DNA of 32,000 nucleotides, from contig NZ_CP066018.1 of assembly GCF_016127575.1 (NCBI RefSeq), positions 1,590,001 through 1,622,000 on the forward strand, read 5' to 3'. Position 1 is the first letter of the stretch; each line of letters begins with the position of its first letter. Shown here piece after piece: positions 23,601 through 32,000 of this stretch. Source of the stretch: Cupriavidus necator (GTDB taxonomy: Bacteria; Pseudomonadota; Gammaproteobacteria; Burkholderiales; Burkholderiaceae). A program made the translations under genes and the position numbers. A model generated the notes under the pieces. It saw only the letters and a list, made by a program, of their open reading frames with translations. It was not told the DNA's origin and did not search any database.

Positions 23601-23628
23601 AGAAAGGGCACCCGGGGGTGCCCTTTCT
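23601..23628. terminator. Bidirectional intrinsic terminator AGAAAGGGCACC-cggg-GGTGCCCTTTCT
   Basis: A 12-bp perfect stem with a 4-nt loop sits between convergent ompW and copZ. T-rich flanks (CTTTCTTGTT) follow on the plus strand, and A-rich sequence precedes it. Confidence 0.8.
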
Positions 23629-23654
23629 TGTTGGCGCCGGCTGCGGTGGCCAGC

Positions 23655-23855
23655 TTACGCCACCGACTTGACCGGATAGCCGGCCTCTTCGATGGCATCG
23701 CGCAGGGCCTCTGGGTCGGCGCTGCTCTCGACGCGTACGGCCTGGGCGGGCACATCCGCGCTGACACGCGCGGCCGGGTCAACCGTCTGTACGGCACGCG
23801 TGATGGCGCCCACGCAGTGGTTGCACGACATGCCTTCGACCTGGAACTGGATCAT
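23655..23855 (-). CDS. copZ: Heavy-metal-associated (HMA) copper chaperone, CopZ/CupC-like
   Basis: 66 aa: MIQFQVEGMSCNHCVGAITRAV..., carrying the MxCxxC motif. The start ATG 23855 follows AGGAGAG. The longer ORF up to 24152 is rejected. Confidence 0.9.
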   Translation of the reverse strand: MIQFQVEGMSCNHCVGAITRAVQTVDPAARVSADVPAQAVRVESSADPEALRDAIEEAGYPVKSVA

Positions 23856-23908
23856 GGTGGGACTCTCCTGAACGGGATGAGACGGGCGGCGGGTGCCGCG
23901 ACAGATGC

Positions 23909-23939
23909 AGTTTGAACCTTCCCATGGTGGGAAGCGCAA
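23909..23939 (-). promoter_or_regulatory. MerR/CueR-type promoter for copZ: TTGCGC - 19-bp spacer TTCCCACCATGGGAAGGTT - CAAACT (minus strand)
   Basis: The spacer carries the dyad CTTCCCA-N3-TGGGAAG (CTTCC-N7-GGAAG). It starts and ends like the E. coli PcopA spacer (TTCCC...GGAAGGTT). A 19-bp spacer is the MerR-family hallmark. Confidence 0.7.
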
Positions 23940-23988
23940 GAGGAATTTGTTGGCGCCGATGTGACGGTAATACCATGTGCATCCGGCC

Positions 23989-24019
23989 TTGACCTTCCAA
24001 TGATGGTAAGGTCCATGAT
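23989..24019 (+). promoter_or_regulatory. MerR/CueR-type promoter for copA-cueR: TTGACC - 19-bp spacer TTCCAATGATGGTAAGGTC - CATGAT
   Basis: The dyad is GACCTT-N11-AAGGTC (CCTTCC-N7-GTAAGG). The -35 TTGACC is identical to that of E. coli PcopA. Confidence 0.7.
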
Positions 24020-24052
24020 GCTGACATCGACACTGTGGATGACTCAGGACCC

Positions 24053-26530
24053 ATGCCAAATTCCAGCGCTGTGCTCGCTTCACAACCTGTCCGGCCGGCC
24101 GACGAAATGCCCGAATGGCGCCTGCCGGTCGACGGCATGACCTGCGCCTCATGCGTGCGCCGCGTGGAGAACGCGCTGGCCCGGGTGCCGGGCGTGCGCG
24201 ACGTGGCCGTCAACCTGGCAACTGAAGCCGCAACGCTGCGCGCCGACTCGGGCGCGGTGCTGCCGGCCGCCGCCCGTGCCGTGGCCGATGCCGGCTACAC
24301 GGTGCCGCAGGACACCATCGGACTGAATATTGCCGACATGACCTGCGCCTCATGCGTGTCCCGGGTCGAAAAGGCGCTGCGCGCCGTGCCGGGCGTGATG
24401 GAGGCGCAGGTCAACCTGGCGACCGAGCGCGCCAGCGTCACGCTGCTGCGCGGCGCGGCGGATACTGCGGCGCTGGTGGCCGCGGTCGCGCGCGCGGGCT
24501 ATGGTGCGACGCCGGTGGCCGATGCCGCATCGCAGGCGCCGCAGGCCGCGCAGGGCACTGCCTTCTGGGATGGCCCCTGGCCGGTGGCGATCTCGGCGGC
24601 GCTGTCGCTGCCGCTGGTGGCACCCATGGTGCTGGAATGGCTCGGCGTGCACTGGATGCTGCCGGCATGGGTGCAGTGGCTGCTGGCCACGCCGGTGCAG
24701 TTCGTGTTCGGCTGGCGCTTCTACAAGGCTGGCTGGAAGGCGGTGCGCGCCGGCGCCGGCAATATGGATTTGCTGGTGGCGCTGGGCACGACGGCGGCCT
24801 ATGGGCTGTCGCTGTGGCTGATGTGGCGCACGCCGGCCGACGCCATGCCGCACCTGTACTTCGAAAGCGCGGCGGTGGTGATCACGCTGGTGCGCCTGGG
24901 CAAGTGGCTGGAGACCCGCGCCAAGCGCCAGACCGCCGATGCCATCCGCGCGCTCGCGGCGCTGCGTCCCGATACTGCCCGCGTGCGCCGCGGCGGCGTG
25001 GAGCAGAGCGTGCCGCTGGCGGCGGTGCGCGTGGGCGACGAGGTGGTGGTGCGCCCCGGCGAGCGCATCCCGGTGGACGCCGAGGTGATCGAAGGCAACA
25101 GCCACGCGGACGAATCGATGCTGACCGGTGAAAGCGTGCCCGTGCCGAAGAAGCCCGGCGACCGCATCACCGGCGGCGCCATCAATTTCGAAGGGCTGCT
25201 GGTTGCGCGCACCGAGGCGGTGGGCGCCGAGACCGTACTGGCACGCATCATCCGCATGGTCGAGCACGCACAGGCGGCCAAGGCGCCGATCCAGCGCATG
25301 GTCGACCAGGTCAGCGCGGTGTTCGTGCCGGTGGTGCTGGGCATCGCGCTGCTGACGGTGCTGGGCTGGGGCCTCTTTGCCGGCGACTGGGAAACCGCAT
25401 TGCTCAACGCGGTGGCGGTGCTGGTGATCGCCTGCCCGTGCGCGCTGGGCCTGGCCACACCCACGGCAATCATGGCCGGCACCGGCGCCGGCGCGCGCGC
25501 CGGCATCCTGATCAAGGATGCCGAGGCACTGGAGGTGGCGCACCGCGTCAGCGTGGTGGCATTCGACAAGACCGGCACGCTCACGGTGGGCAAGCCGGAA
25601 GTGGTGGCGCTGCATGCGGCCGATCCCGCCGATGCCGACGGCAGCGCGCTGCTGGCGCGGCTGGCCGCGCTGCAGGCCGGCAGCGAGCATCCGCTGGCCC
25701 GCGCCGTGCTGGCCGCAGCGCAGGCGCGCGGCATTGCCGCGCCGCAGGCCACGGAAGTGCAGGCCCTGCCAGGCCGCGGCATTGCCGGCGTGGTGGACGG
25801 CCAGGCGCTGCAACTGGGCAGCGAGCGCCTGCGTGAAGCGCTGGGCGCAGCGGCAGGCACGCTGGCAACGCTGGCGGAGCAGTTACGCGCGGACGGCCGT
25901 ACCGTGTCGTGGCTGGTCGAAACCACGCTGCCGCGCGTGGCCGGGCTGGTCGCGTTCGGCGATGCCATCAAGCCGGGCGCGCCGGCGGCGATCGCCAGGC
26001 TGCGCGCGGCCGGTGTGCGCACCGTGATGCTGACCGGCGACAATGCCGGCGCGGCGGCGCGCGTGGCGCAGGCGCTGGGGCTGGACGACGTGCAGGCCGA
26101 GGTGCTGCCCGAGGACAAGGCTGCCCGGGTGCAGGCGCTGGGGCGCGATGGCGCGGTGGTGGCGATGGTGGGCGACGGCATCAACGATGCGCCGGCGCTG
26201 GCGGCGGCGGATGTGGGCATTGCCATGTCGACCGGCACCGACGTGGCCATGCACGCCGCCGGCATCACGCTGATGCGCGGCGACCCGGCGCTGGTGGCCG
26301 ATGCGCTGGCGGTCTCGCACCGCACCGTGCGCAAGATCCGGCAGAACCTGTTCTGGGCTTTTTTCTACAACGTGGTAGGCATTCCGCTGGCAGCGGCCGG
26401 GTTGCTGAATCCGGTGGTGGCGGGTGCGGCGATGGCTTTCTCCAGTGTCAGCGTGGTCAGCAATGCGCTGCTGCTGCGCCGCTGGCGTCCGCAGGCCGGG
26501 GCTGCCACGGCACAGGGAGGCGAGCGATGA
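24053..26530 (+). CDS. copA: Cu(I)-translocating P1B-type ATPase with two N-terminal HMA domains
   Basis: The two HMA motifs are [12 protein letters not shown] and [12 protein letters not shown]. Other motifs are TGES, the transmembrane CPC ([11 protein letters not shown]), DKTGTLT and GDGINDAP. I prefer ATG 24053 because the ORF-track start, GTG 24035, would lie only about 9 nt from the predicted transcription start. Confidence 0.95.
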   Translation: MPNSSAVLASQPVRPADEMPEWRLPVDGMTCASCVRRVENALARVPGVRDVAVNLATEAATLRADSGAVLPAAARAVADAGYTVPQDTIGLNIADMTCASCVSRVEKALRAVPGVMEAQVNLATERASVTLLRGAADTAALVAAVARAGYGATPVADAASQAPQAAQGTAFWDGPWPVAISAALSLPLVAPMVLEWLGVHWMLPAWVQWLLATPVQFVFGWRFYKAGWKAVRAGAGNMDLLVALGTTAAYGLSLWLMWRTPADAMPHLYFESAAVVITLVRLGKWLETRAKRQTADAIRALAALRPDTARVRRGGVEQSVPLAAVRVGDEVVVRPGERIPVDAEVIEGNSHADESMLTGESVPVPKKPGDRITGGAINFEGLLVARTEAVGAETVLARIIRMVEHAQAAKAPIQRMVDQVSAVFVPVVLGIALLTVLGWGLFAGDWETALLNAVAVLVIACPCALGLATPTAIMAGTGAGARAGILIKDAEALEVAHRVSVVAFDKTGTLTVGKPEVVALHAADPADADGSALLARLAALQAGSEHPLARAVLAAAQARGIAAPQATEVQALPGRGIAGVVDGQALQLGSERLREALGAAAGTLATLAEQLRADGRTVSWLVETTLPRVAGLVAFGDAIKPGAPAAIARLRAAGVRTVMLTGDNAGAAARVAQALGLDDVQAEVLPEDKAARVQALGRDGAVVAMVGDGINDAPALAAADVGIAMSTGTDVAMHAAGITLMRGDPALVADALAVSHRTVRKIRQNLFWAFFYNVVGIPLAAAGLLNPVVAGAAMAFSSVSVVSNALLLRRWRPQAGAATAQGGER

Positions 26531-26946
26531 ATATCGGCGAAGCGGCGCAGGCGTCGGGCGTGTCGGCCAAGATGATCCGGCACTATGAATCGATCGGGCT
26601 GGTGGCGGCACCGCCGCGCACCGAGGGCGGCTACCGTCGCTATGACGAACGCGCCGTGCACAACTTGCGCTTCGTGCGGCGCGCCCGTAATCTGGGATTC
26701 TCGCTCGACGAAATCCGCAACCTGCTGTCGCTTTGGCATGACCGCGGCCGCGCCAGTGCCGACGTCAAGGCGCTGACGCTGCGGCATGTGGCCGACCTTG
26801 AGCTGCGCATCGCTGAACTGGCCGCCATGCGCGACACGCTGCGCGAGCTGGCGCAGCACTGCAGCGGCGACGATCGGCCGGATTGCCCGATCCTCGCCGA
26901 TATGGCGCAGCCGGAAGCGCAGGGCAGGCTTGCCTGCCACGGTTGA
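26527..26946 (+). CDS. cueR: MerR-family Cu(I)/Au(I)-responsive regulator (CueR/CupR-like)
   Basis: [25 protein letters not shown] is the MerR HTH. The C-terminal [11 protein letters not shown] matches the CueR metal loop (E. coli CPGDDSADCPI). The start overlaps the copA stop as ATGA (26527-26530). Confidence 0.9.
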   Translation: MNIGEAAQASGVSAKMIRHYESIGLVAAPPRTEGGYRRYDERAVHNLRFVRRARNLGFSLDEIRNLLSLWHDRGRASADVKALTLRHVADLELRIAELAAMRDTLRELAQHCSGDDRPDCPILADMAQPEAQGRLACHG

Positions 26947-27002
26947 GCGGGACAGAGTGCAAGGCAGGCAGCAGGCAGCACCACAAAGAATAACGACAGC
27001 CG

Positions 27003-27023
27003 GCGCCAGCCTTTTGCTGGCGC
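27003..27023 (+). terminator. Hairpin GCGCCAGC-ctttt-GCTGGCGC downstream of cueR
   Basis: An 8-bp GC-rich stem was read directly. No U-tract follows, so function is uncertain. Confidence 0.35.
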
Positions 27024-27049
27024 TCCGTGCCGGGAGGAGACTTGCGCGA

Positions 27050-27982
27050 ATGGAACAACCGATGACGGACGATCCTGCTATTGCCGGTGTTGCCGGCATG
27101 CCTGCCGATACCCCAGCCGGCACGCACGCGCCGGTACAGAGCCGCCAGCGCATGCGCGACGGCACCGAGCTGCTGCTGCGCACCTGGCAGCCCGATCCGG
27201 CGCGCTTTGCCGAGCCGCTCGGCTCGGTGCTGCTGGTGCATGGGCTTGCCGAGCATGCCGGACGCTACCAGCATGTGGCCGATGTGCTGTGCGGGCTGGG
27301 CCTGCGCGTGCGCGCGCACGACCTGCGCGGCCATGGCGCCAGCGGCGGCGCGCGCATGGTGGCGGACCATCAGGATGCCTACCTCGACGACCTCGCCGAG
27401 ATCTATGATGCCGCGGTGCCGGGCTGGAACGAGTTGCCGATCCTGCTCGGCCACAGCATGGGCGGGATGATCGCGGCGCGCTTTGCCACCGCGCGCGTGC
27501 GCCCGGTGCGCGCGCTGGTGCTGTCCTCGCCTGCGCTGGCGCTGCGCCTGTCGGGCCCGATGCTGGCGCTGCACCGCGTGCTGCTGGCGCTGGCGCCGCG
27601 GCTGCGCGTGCCCAATCCGATCGATGCGCGGCTCTTGTCGCACGATCCCGCCGTGGTGGCCGCCTACCGCTCAGACCCGCTGGTGCAGACCACCATCACC
27701 GCCAGCGTACTGGAGAGCTTTATCCGCGGCATGGCGCAGGCCCAGGCCGATGCCGCGCTGCTGGAGGCCCCCATGCTGATGCTGGTCGGTGGCGCCGACC
27801 GCGTGGTGGACCCGGCCGGCAGCCGCAGCTTCTTCGACCACGCGCCGCCGGAGTTGCGCGAACAGGTCTGGTTCGAGCACGGCTACCACGAGATCTTCAA
27901 TGAAGCGCAGCCGCTGCGCGGCGAAGTGTTCGCGGCGCTGACCGGCTGGCTGCAGCGTCACCTGCAGCAGCAGGGACACTAA
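27050..27982 (+). CDS. Alpha/beta hydrolase, lysophospholipase / monoacylglycerol-lipase-like
   Basis: The start ATG 27050 follows GGGAGGAGA. Motifs are LLVHGLAEHAGRY and the nucleophile elbow GHSMGG. Late Asp and His residues (the His in the GYHEIFNE segment) could complete a Ser-Asp-His triad. Confidence 0.8.
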   Translation: MEQPMTDDPAIAGVAGMPADTPAGTHAPVQSRQRMRDGTELLLRTWQPDPARFAEPLGSVLLVHGLAEHAGRYQHVADVLCGLGLRVRAHDLRGHGASGGARMVADHQDAYLDDLAEIYDAAVPGWNELPILLGHSMGGMIAARFATARVRPVRALVLSSPALALRLSGPMLALHRVLLALAPRLRVPNPIDARLLSHDPAVVAAYRSDPLVQTTITASVLESFIRGMAQAQADAALLEAPMLMLVGGADRVVDPAGSRSFFDHAPPELREQVWFEHGYHEIFNEAQPLRGEVFAALTGWLQRHLQQQGH

Positions 27983-28866
27983 GTCCGGAACACCGACTCG
28001 GCCACGCCGAACACTGCCGCGACGACCGGGTCGTCGCGGCGCGTGGCCAGGCATACCAGCGTCAGCTCGGTCTGCACCGAGACCCCTTCAACGATCACCA
28101 GCCCGTGCGCATGCGATTCGCGCAGCGCGATCGCGTCGCGCACCAGCGACAGCCCCACGCCGGAGCGCACCAGGTCCAGCATCGAAGCCTCCTGGTCGAC
28201 ATGCGCCACCTTGGGCACGCCGGCCGGGTCGACGCCGGCCTGCGCAAAGCGCGCGGACAAGAGCCGGTTGTGCGCCGATTCGGGCGGCGTCCAGATCCAC
28301 GGCAGCGTTGCCAGCTGCGCCCATGAACGCAGCGCGGTGCGCTCTTTCCAGCCCTTGGGTGCCACCACATAGTAGGAGAACGGCGTCAGCGTCAGCGCAT
28401 GGAAGCCGGCGTCAGGCGGCTGGCCCAGGTAGAAGCCCACGTCGAGCGCGCCGCTGCGTACCTGTTGCAGCACCCAGCCCGACATGCCGTGGCGCAGTTC
28501 TGTGCCGATCTGCGGGTGGCGTTCCACCAGCGTGCGCAGCATCGGGCCCAGCCGCGTGAATTCCGGATCGAGGATGGTGCCGATCGCCAGCCGGCCGCGC
28601 ACGGTGTGATGCATCGCGCTGACGGTGTGCTGCAGGTTGCCCACGCCGTCGAGGATGCGTTCGGCCAGCGGCAGCAGTGCGGCGCCGTCGGCGGTCAGCG
28701 TCAGGCCCGCGGCAGTGCGCTCGAACAGCCGGATGCGCCACGCCGATTGCAGCGCCTTCAACTGCAGGCTGACTGCGGGCTGGGTCAGGTGCAGCCGCTG
28801 CGCGGCGCGGGTCAGGTTGCCCTCGCGCGCGACGGCAACGAAGGCGCGCAGGTGGTGGAGGTCCAA
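27979..28866 (-). CDS. LysR-family transcriptional regulator, divergent from mmsA
   Basis: The HTH reads [38 protein letters not shown] favour the TTG start at 28866, giving MDLHHLRAF... (295 aa). The upstream ATGs (28956, 29007) would place a LysR-box-like palindrome inside the coding region. Confidence 0.88.
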   Translation of the reverse strand: MDLHHLRAFVAVAREGNLTRAAQRLHLTQPAVSLQLKALQSAWRIRLFERTAAGLTLTADGAALLPLAERILDGVGNLQHTVSAMHHTVRGRLAIGTILDPEFTRLGPMLRTLVERHPQIGTELRHGMSGWVLQQVRSGALDVGFYLGQPPDAGFHALTLTPFSYYVVAPKGWKERTALRSWAQLATLPWIWTPPESAHNRLLSARFAQAGVDPAGVPKVAHVDQEASMLDLVRSGVGLSLVRDAIALRESHAHGLVIVEGVSVQTELTLVCLATRRDDPVVAAVFGVAESVFRT

Positions 28867-28912
28867 GGCAGTGTCGGGGCGAAAGGTGGCGCAGGGGCGA
28901 GGCGTGGTGCGG

Positions 28913-28940
28913 CGCAATATTTTGCGCGGCTTATATTGCG
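28913..28940. promoter_or_regulatory. Inverted repeat CGCAATAT-N12-ATATTGCG; candidate LysR recognition site
   Basis: 8-bp perfect arms lie in the LysR / mmsA divergent region. The AT-rich T-N11-A-like architecture is typical of LysR-type regulator sites. Confidence 0.5.
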
Positions 28941-29096
28941 ATTGACGATAAATCATTGGACGGGGCCGCGCAACTGCACCAAGCTTGCGCTCAATACGGC
29001 CCGGCACGCCTTGTGCGGCGCGGCATCGATGCCAGCGCGAGACTGGCGGATGTTTGCGCCAGCGTCTTCACCAGACGCAAAGATCGGGCGAGCCGC

Positions 29097-30656
29097 ATGC
29101 CGTCAGCGACCCAGCATTCAGGAGCGGAAGTGGAAGACATCCTTGCAGAAGCCAGCGCGGTGCAGACCATCATCGGCCATAGCATCGCAGGCCGGCAGAC
29201 ACGCGGCGCATCGCAGCGTCTGGCCGATATCTATAACCCCGCCACCGGCGAAGTCGCAGCACGCGTGGCGCTCGGCACCACGCAGGACGTGGCCGACGCC
29301 GTCGCCGCCGCCCATGCGGCATTCCCCGCCTGGGCCGACACCCCGCCGCTGCGCCGCGCGCGCATCCTGTTCAAGTTCAAGGAGCTGCTCGACCAGCACC
29401 ACGACGACCTGGCCGCGCTGATCACGCGCGAGCACGGCAAGGTGTTCTCGGACGCCAGGGGCGAAGTCACGCGCGGCATCGAGGTGGTGGAATTTGCCTG
29501 CGGCATCCCCAGCCTGCTCAAGACCGACTTCACCGACAACATCGGCGGCGGCATCGATAACTGGAACCTGCGCCAGCCTCTGGGCGTGGTGGCAGGCATC
29601 ACGCCGTTCAACTTCCCGGTGATGGTGCCGATGTGGATGTTCCCGGTGGCGCTGGCGTGCGGCAATACCTTCGTGCTGAAGCCGTCGGAACGTGATCCGT
29701 CGCCGAGCCTGCTGATTGCCGACCTGCTGCGCCAGGCTGGTTTGCCCGATGGCGTGTTCAATGTCGTGCAGGGCGACAAGGAAGCGGTCGATGCACTGCT
29801 GGCGCATCCGGATGTGCAGGCGCTGTCGTTCGTCGGTTCGACGCCGATTGCCGAGTACATCTATACGGAAGGCACCAAACACGGCAAGCGCGTGCAGGCA
29901 TTGGGCGGCGCCAAGAACCACCTGGTGGTGATGCCCGATGCCGATCTCGACCAGGCGGTCGATGCGCTGATCGGTGCCGCGTATGGTTCTGCCGGCGAAC
30001 GCTGCATGGCGATCTCGGTCGCCGTGGCCGTGGGCGATGTCGCTGACAAGCTCGTGCCGCGCCTCGCCGAACGTGCGAGCTCGCTGAAGATCCGCAACGG
30101 CATGGAGTCCGACGCCGAAATGGGTCCGCTGGTAACCGCTGCGCACAAAGCGAAGGTGGAGGGCTATATCGCCAAGGGCGTGGAAGAGGGCGCGACGCTG
30201 GTCACCGATGGCCGCGGTCATACCGTACCCGGCCATGAGAACGGCTTCTATGTCGGCGGCACGCTGTTCGACCACGTCAAGCCGGATATGACGATCTACA
30301 AGGAAGAGATCTTCGGCCCGGTGCTGTCGGTAGTGCGCGTGCATGACTTTGCCGAAGCGGTGGCGCTGATCAATGCGCATGAATTCGGCAACGGCGTGTC
30401 GTGCTACACCAGCGACGGCGGCATCGCGCGTGCGTTCGCGCGGCAGATCCAGATCGGCATGGTCGGCATCAATGTGCCGATCCCGGTGCCGATGGCGTGG
30501 CATTCTTTCGGTGGCTGGAAGCGATCGCTGTTCGGCGACCATCACGCCTATGGCGAAGAGGGTGTGCGCTTCTACACGCGCTACAAGAGCGTGATGCAGC
30601 GTTGGCCGGATTCGATCGCCAAGGGCGCCGAGTTCACCATGCCGGTGGCGAAATAA
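29097..30656 (+). CDS. mmsA: Methylmalonate-semialdehyde dehydrogenase (CoA-acylating)
   Basis: Diagnostic segments are [37 protein letters not shown], the catalytic GERCMA, and EEIFGPVL. An alternative start, GTG 29130, lies 5 nt after AGGAG (29120-29124) and may be the true one. The ORF part 28956-29096 is rejected. Confidence 0.92.
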   Translation: MPSATQHSGAEVEDILAEASAVQTIIGHSIAGRQTRGASQRLADIYNPATGEVAARVALGTTQDVADAVAAAHAAFPAWADTPPLRRARILFKFKELLDQHHDDLAALITREHGKVFSDARGEVTRGIEVVEFACGIPSLLKTDFTDNIGGGIDNWNLRQPLGVVAGITPFNFPVMVPMWMFPVALACGNTFVLKPSERDPSPSLLIADLLRQAGLPDGVFNVVQGDKEAVDALLAHPDVQALSFVGSTPIAEYIYTEGTKHGKRVQALGGAKNHLVVMPDADLDQAVDALIGAAYGSAGERCMAISVAVAVGDVADKLVPRLAERASSLKIRNGMESDAEMGPLVTAAHKAKVEGYIAKGVEEGATLVTDGRGHTVPGHENGFYVGGTLFDHVKPDMTIYKEEIFGPVLSVVRVHDFAEAVALINAHEFGNGVSCYTSDGGIARAFARQIQIGMVGINVPIPVPMAWHSFGGWKRSLFGDHHAYGEEGVRFYTRYKSVMQRWPDSIAKGAEFTMPVAK

Positions 30657-30665
30657 GCCGCAACG

Positions 30666-32000
30666 ATGACGACAAGAACAGCGATGGAGACATTCGACTA
30701 CATCATCGTGGGGGCCGGTTCGGCAGGCTGTGTCCTGGCCAACCGCCTGACGCAGGATGCGGACGTCAGCGTGCTGCTGCTGGAGGCCGGCGGCAAGGAC
30801 GACTACCACTGGATCCATATCCCAGTGGGCTACCTGTACTGCATCGGCAACCCGCGCACCGACTGGCTCTATCGCACCGAGGCCGAGGCCGGCCTGAACG
30901 GCCGCTCGCTCGGCTATCCGCGCGGGCGCGTGCTGGGCGGTTGCTCGTCGATCAACGGCATGATCTATATGCGCGGCCAGCGCGAGGATTATGACGAGTG
31001 GGCGCGGCTCACCGGTGATGCTGGCTGGCGCTGGGACAATGTGCTGCCGTTGTTCAAGCGCAGCGAGGACCACCACCGCGGCCCGAGCGAATTCCATGGC
31101 GCCGGCGGCGAATGGCGCGTGGAAGGCCAGCGCCTGCGCTGGGACATCCTGGAGCGCTTTGCCGATGCCGCCGAAGAGGCGGGGATTCCGCGCACGGAGG
31201 ACTTCAACCGCGGCGACAACTTCGGCGTCGGCTATTTCGAAGTGAACCAGCGCCGCGGCATCCGCTGGAACACGGCCAAGGCGTTCCTGCGGCGTGCGTC
31301 GGAGCGTCCCAACCTGACCATTGTCACCGGGGCGCAGGTGAGCGGGCTGACCTTCGACGGGCGCCGCTGCACCGGCGTGAACTATATCGGCGGCGGCCGG
31401 CCGCACACGGTGGCGGCCACGCAGGAAGTGATCCTCGCCGCGGGCGCGGTCAATACGCCGCAGCTGCTGGAGCTGTCGGGCATCGGCCAGGCCGAGCGCC
31501 TGCAGGCGCTGGGTATCCCGGTGCGCCATGCGCTCGCCGGCGTGGGCGAGAACCTGCAGGACCACCTGCAACTGCGCTCGGTGGTGAAGGTCAGCGGCGT
31601 GCGCACGCTCAACACGCGCGCCGCGAGCCTGTGGGGCAAGTTCTGCATCGGCGTGCAGTACGCCTTCAACCAGAGCGGGCCGATGAGCATGGCGCCGTCG
31701 CAGCTGGGTGCCTTTGCGCGCTCGGACCCGGCGCAGGCGCGGCCGAACGTGGAGTACCACGTGCAACCCTTGTCGCTGGACAAGTTCGGCGACCCGCTGC
31801 ATGCGTTCAACGCCTTTACCGCGAGTGCCTGCAACCTGCGGCCGACCTCGCGCGGCAGCGTGCATGTCGGCAGCGCGGATTTCCGCCAGGCGCCGGTGAT
31901 CGCGCCCAATTACCTGGCGACCGACGAGGATCGGAAAGTCGCGGCCGACTCCATCCGGCTCACGCGCCGCATCGTGGCGTCGCCGGCGCTGGCACCGTTC
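30666..32000 (+). CDS. GMC-family FAD oxidoreductase (choline/alcohol dehydrogenase-like); the 3' end lies beyond the window
   Basis: This gene is not in the ORF track because no stop falls inside the window. My translation from ATG 30666 gives MTTRTAMETFDYIIVGAGSAGCVLANRLT...GGCSSINGMIYMRGQ...EVILAAGAVNTPQLLELSGIG, showing the FAD GxGxxG motif and GMC signatures. The frame stays open to 32000. Confidence 0.9.
   Translation, partial: MTTRTAMETFDYIIVGAGSAGCVLANRLTQDADVSVLLLEAGGKDDYHWIHIPVGYLYCIGNPRTDWLYRTEAEAGLNGRSLGYPRGRVLGGCSSINGMIYMRGQREDYDEWARLTGDAGWRWDNVLPLFKRSEDHHRGPSEFHGAGGEWRVEGQRLRWDILERFADAAEEAGIPRTEDFNRGDNFGVGYFEVNQRRGIRWNTAKAFLRRASERPNLTIVTGAQVSGLTFDGRRCTGVNYIGGGRPHTVAATQEVILAAGAVNTPQLLELSGIGQAERLQALGIPVRHALAGVGENLQDHLQLRSVVKVSGVRTLNTRAASLWGKFCIGVQYAFNQSGPMSMAPSQLGAFARSDPAQARPNVEYHVQPLSLDKFGDPLHAFNAFTASACNLRPTSRGSVHVGSADFRQAPVIAPNYLATDEDRKVAADSIRLTRRIVASPALAPF

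Noticed and set aside
23655-24152. Over-long ORF-track starts for several real genes: copZ to 24152, pbpC from 16228, ompW from 22782, sulfatase from 20550, phhA to 9140, hydrolase from 26786, cueR frame from 25909
   Set aside because: In each case the family homology, the signal peptide or a good Shine-Dalgarno begins at an internal start. The upstream extension also overlaps a neighbouring gene or a promoter element.
29118-31865. 915-aa minus-strand ORF, the longest antisense ORF in the track
   Set aside because: It lies antisense to mmsA and the GMC oxidoreductase, both of which have unambiguous family motifs. Its translation is Arg/Ala/His/Gly-rich low-complexity sequence, typical of shadow frames in ~67% GC DNA.
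1-32000. Mobile elements, prophage or genomic-island boundaries, and defence systems
   Set aside because: No integrase, transposase, recombinase, terminal inverted repeats, tRNA attachment site, restriction-modification genes, toxin-antitoxin genes or other defence-type genes were recognised in any frame. Apart from the 3275-4458 island, composition is uniformly high-GC.

Overview
This is a high-GC (about two-thirds G+C) chromosomal segment. The protein signatures look betaproteobacterial, Cupriavidus/Ralstonia-like, which is my inference and not a database result. I support 24 protein-coding genes, two of them truncated by the window edges. In order they are: rarD' (partial), dinB, a DUF2272-like lipoprotein, hupB, a small SET-domain methyltransferase, an OmpR/TctDE-like two-component pair, phhB-phhA with a divergent Lrp/AsnC regulator, and a translationally coupled alpha-2-macroglobulin / YhhN lysoplasmalogenase / PbpC operon. 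These are followed by an ornithine-cyclodeaminase-family gene, a TetR / alkyl-sulfatase / OmpW group, a copZ <> copA-cueR copper (cupCAR-like) locus with two MerR-type promoters, a lysophospholipase-like hydrolase, and LysR <> mmsA plus a GMC oxidoreductase (partial). I saw no rRNA, tRNA, CRISPR array, transposase, integrase or recognisable defence genes. Most long antisense ORFs in the track are high-GC shadow frames. The protein content is ordinary core or accessory metabolism. The one region the gene models do not explain is a ~1.2 kb gene-free, locally AT-rich island between hupB and the SET gene (3275-4458). It is packed with short palindromes (CGTATACG, GTTTAC/GTAAAC), consensus DnaA boxes, a (TAG)3TAA run next to a pure G/C cluster, and direct-repeat modules. 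A separate 5 x 12-bp head-to-tail array of DnaA-box-like TGTGGA units lies on the other side of hupB (2673-2732). I read this as a candidate origin-like or DnaA-titrating nucleoprotein element. That is a hypothesis built from motif reading only, and it needs computation and experiment.
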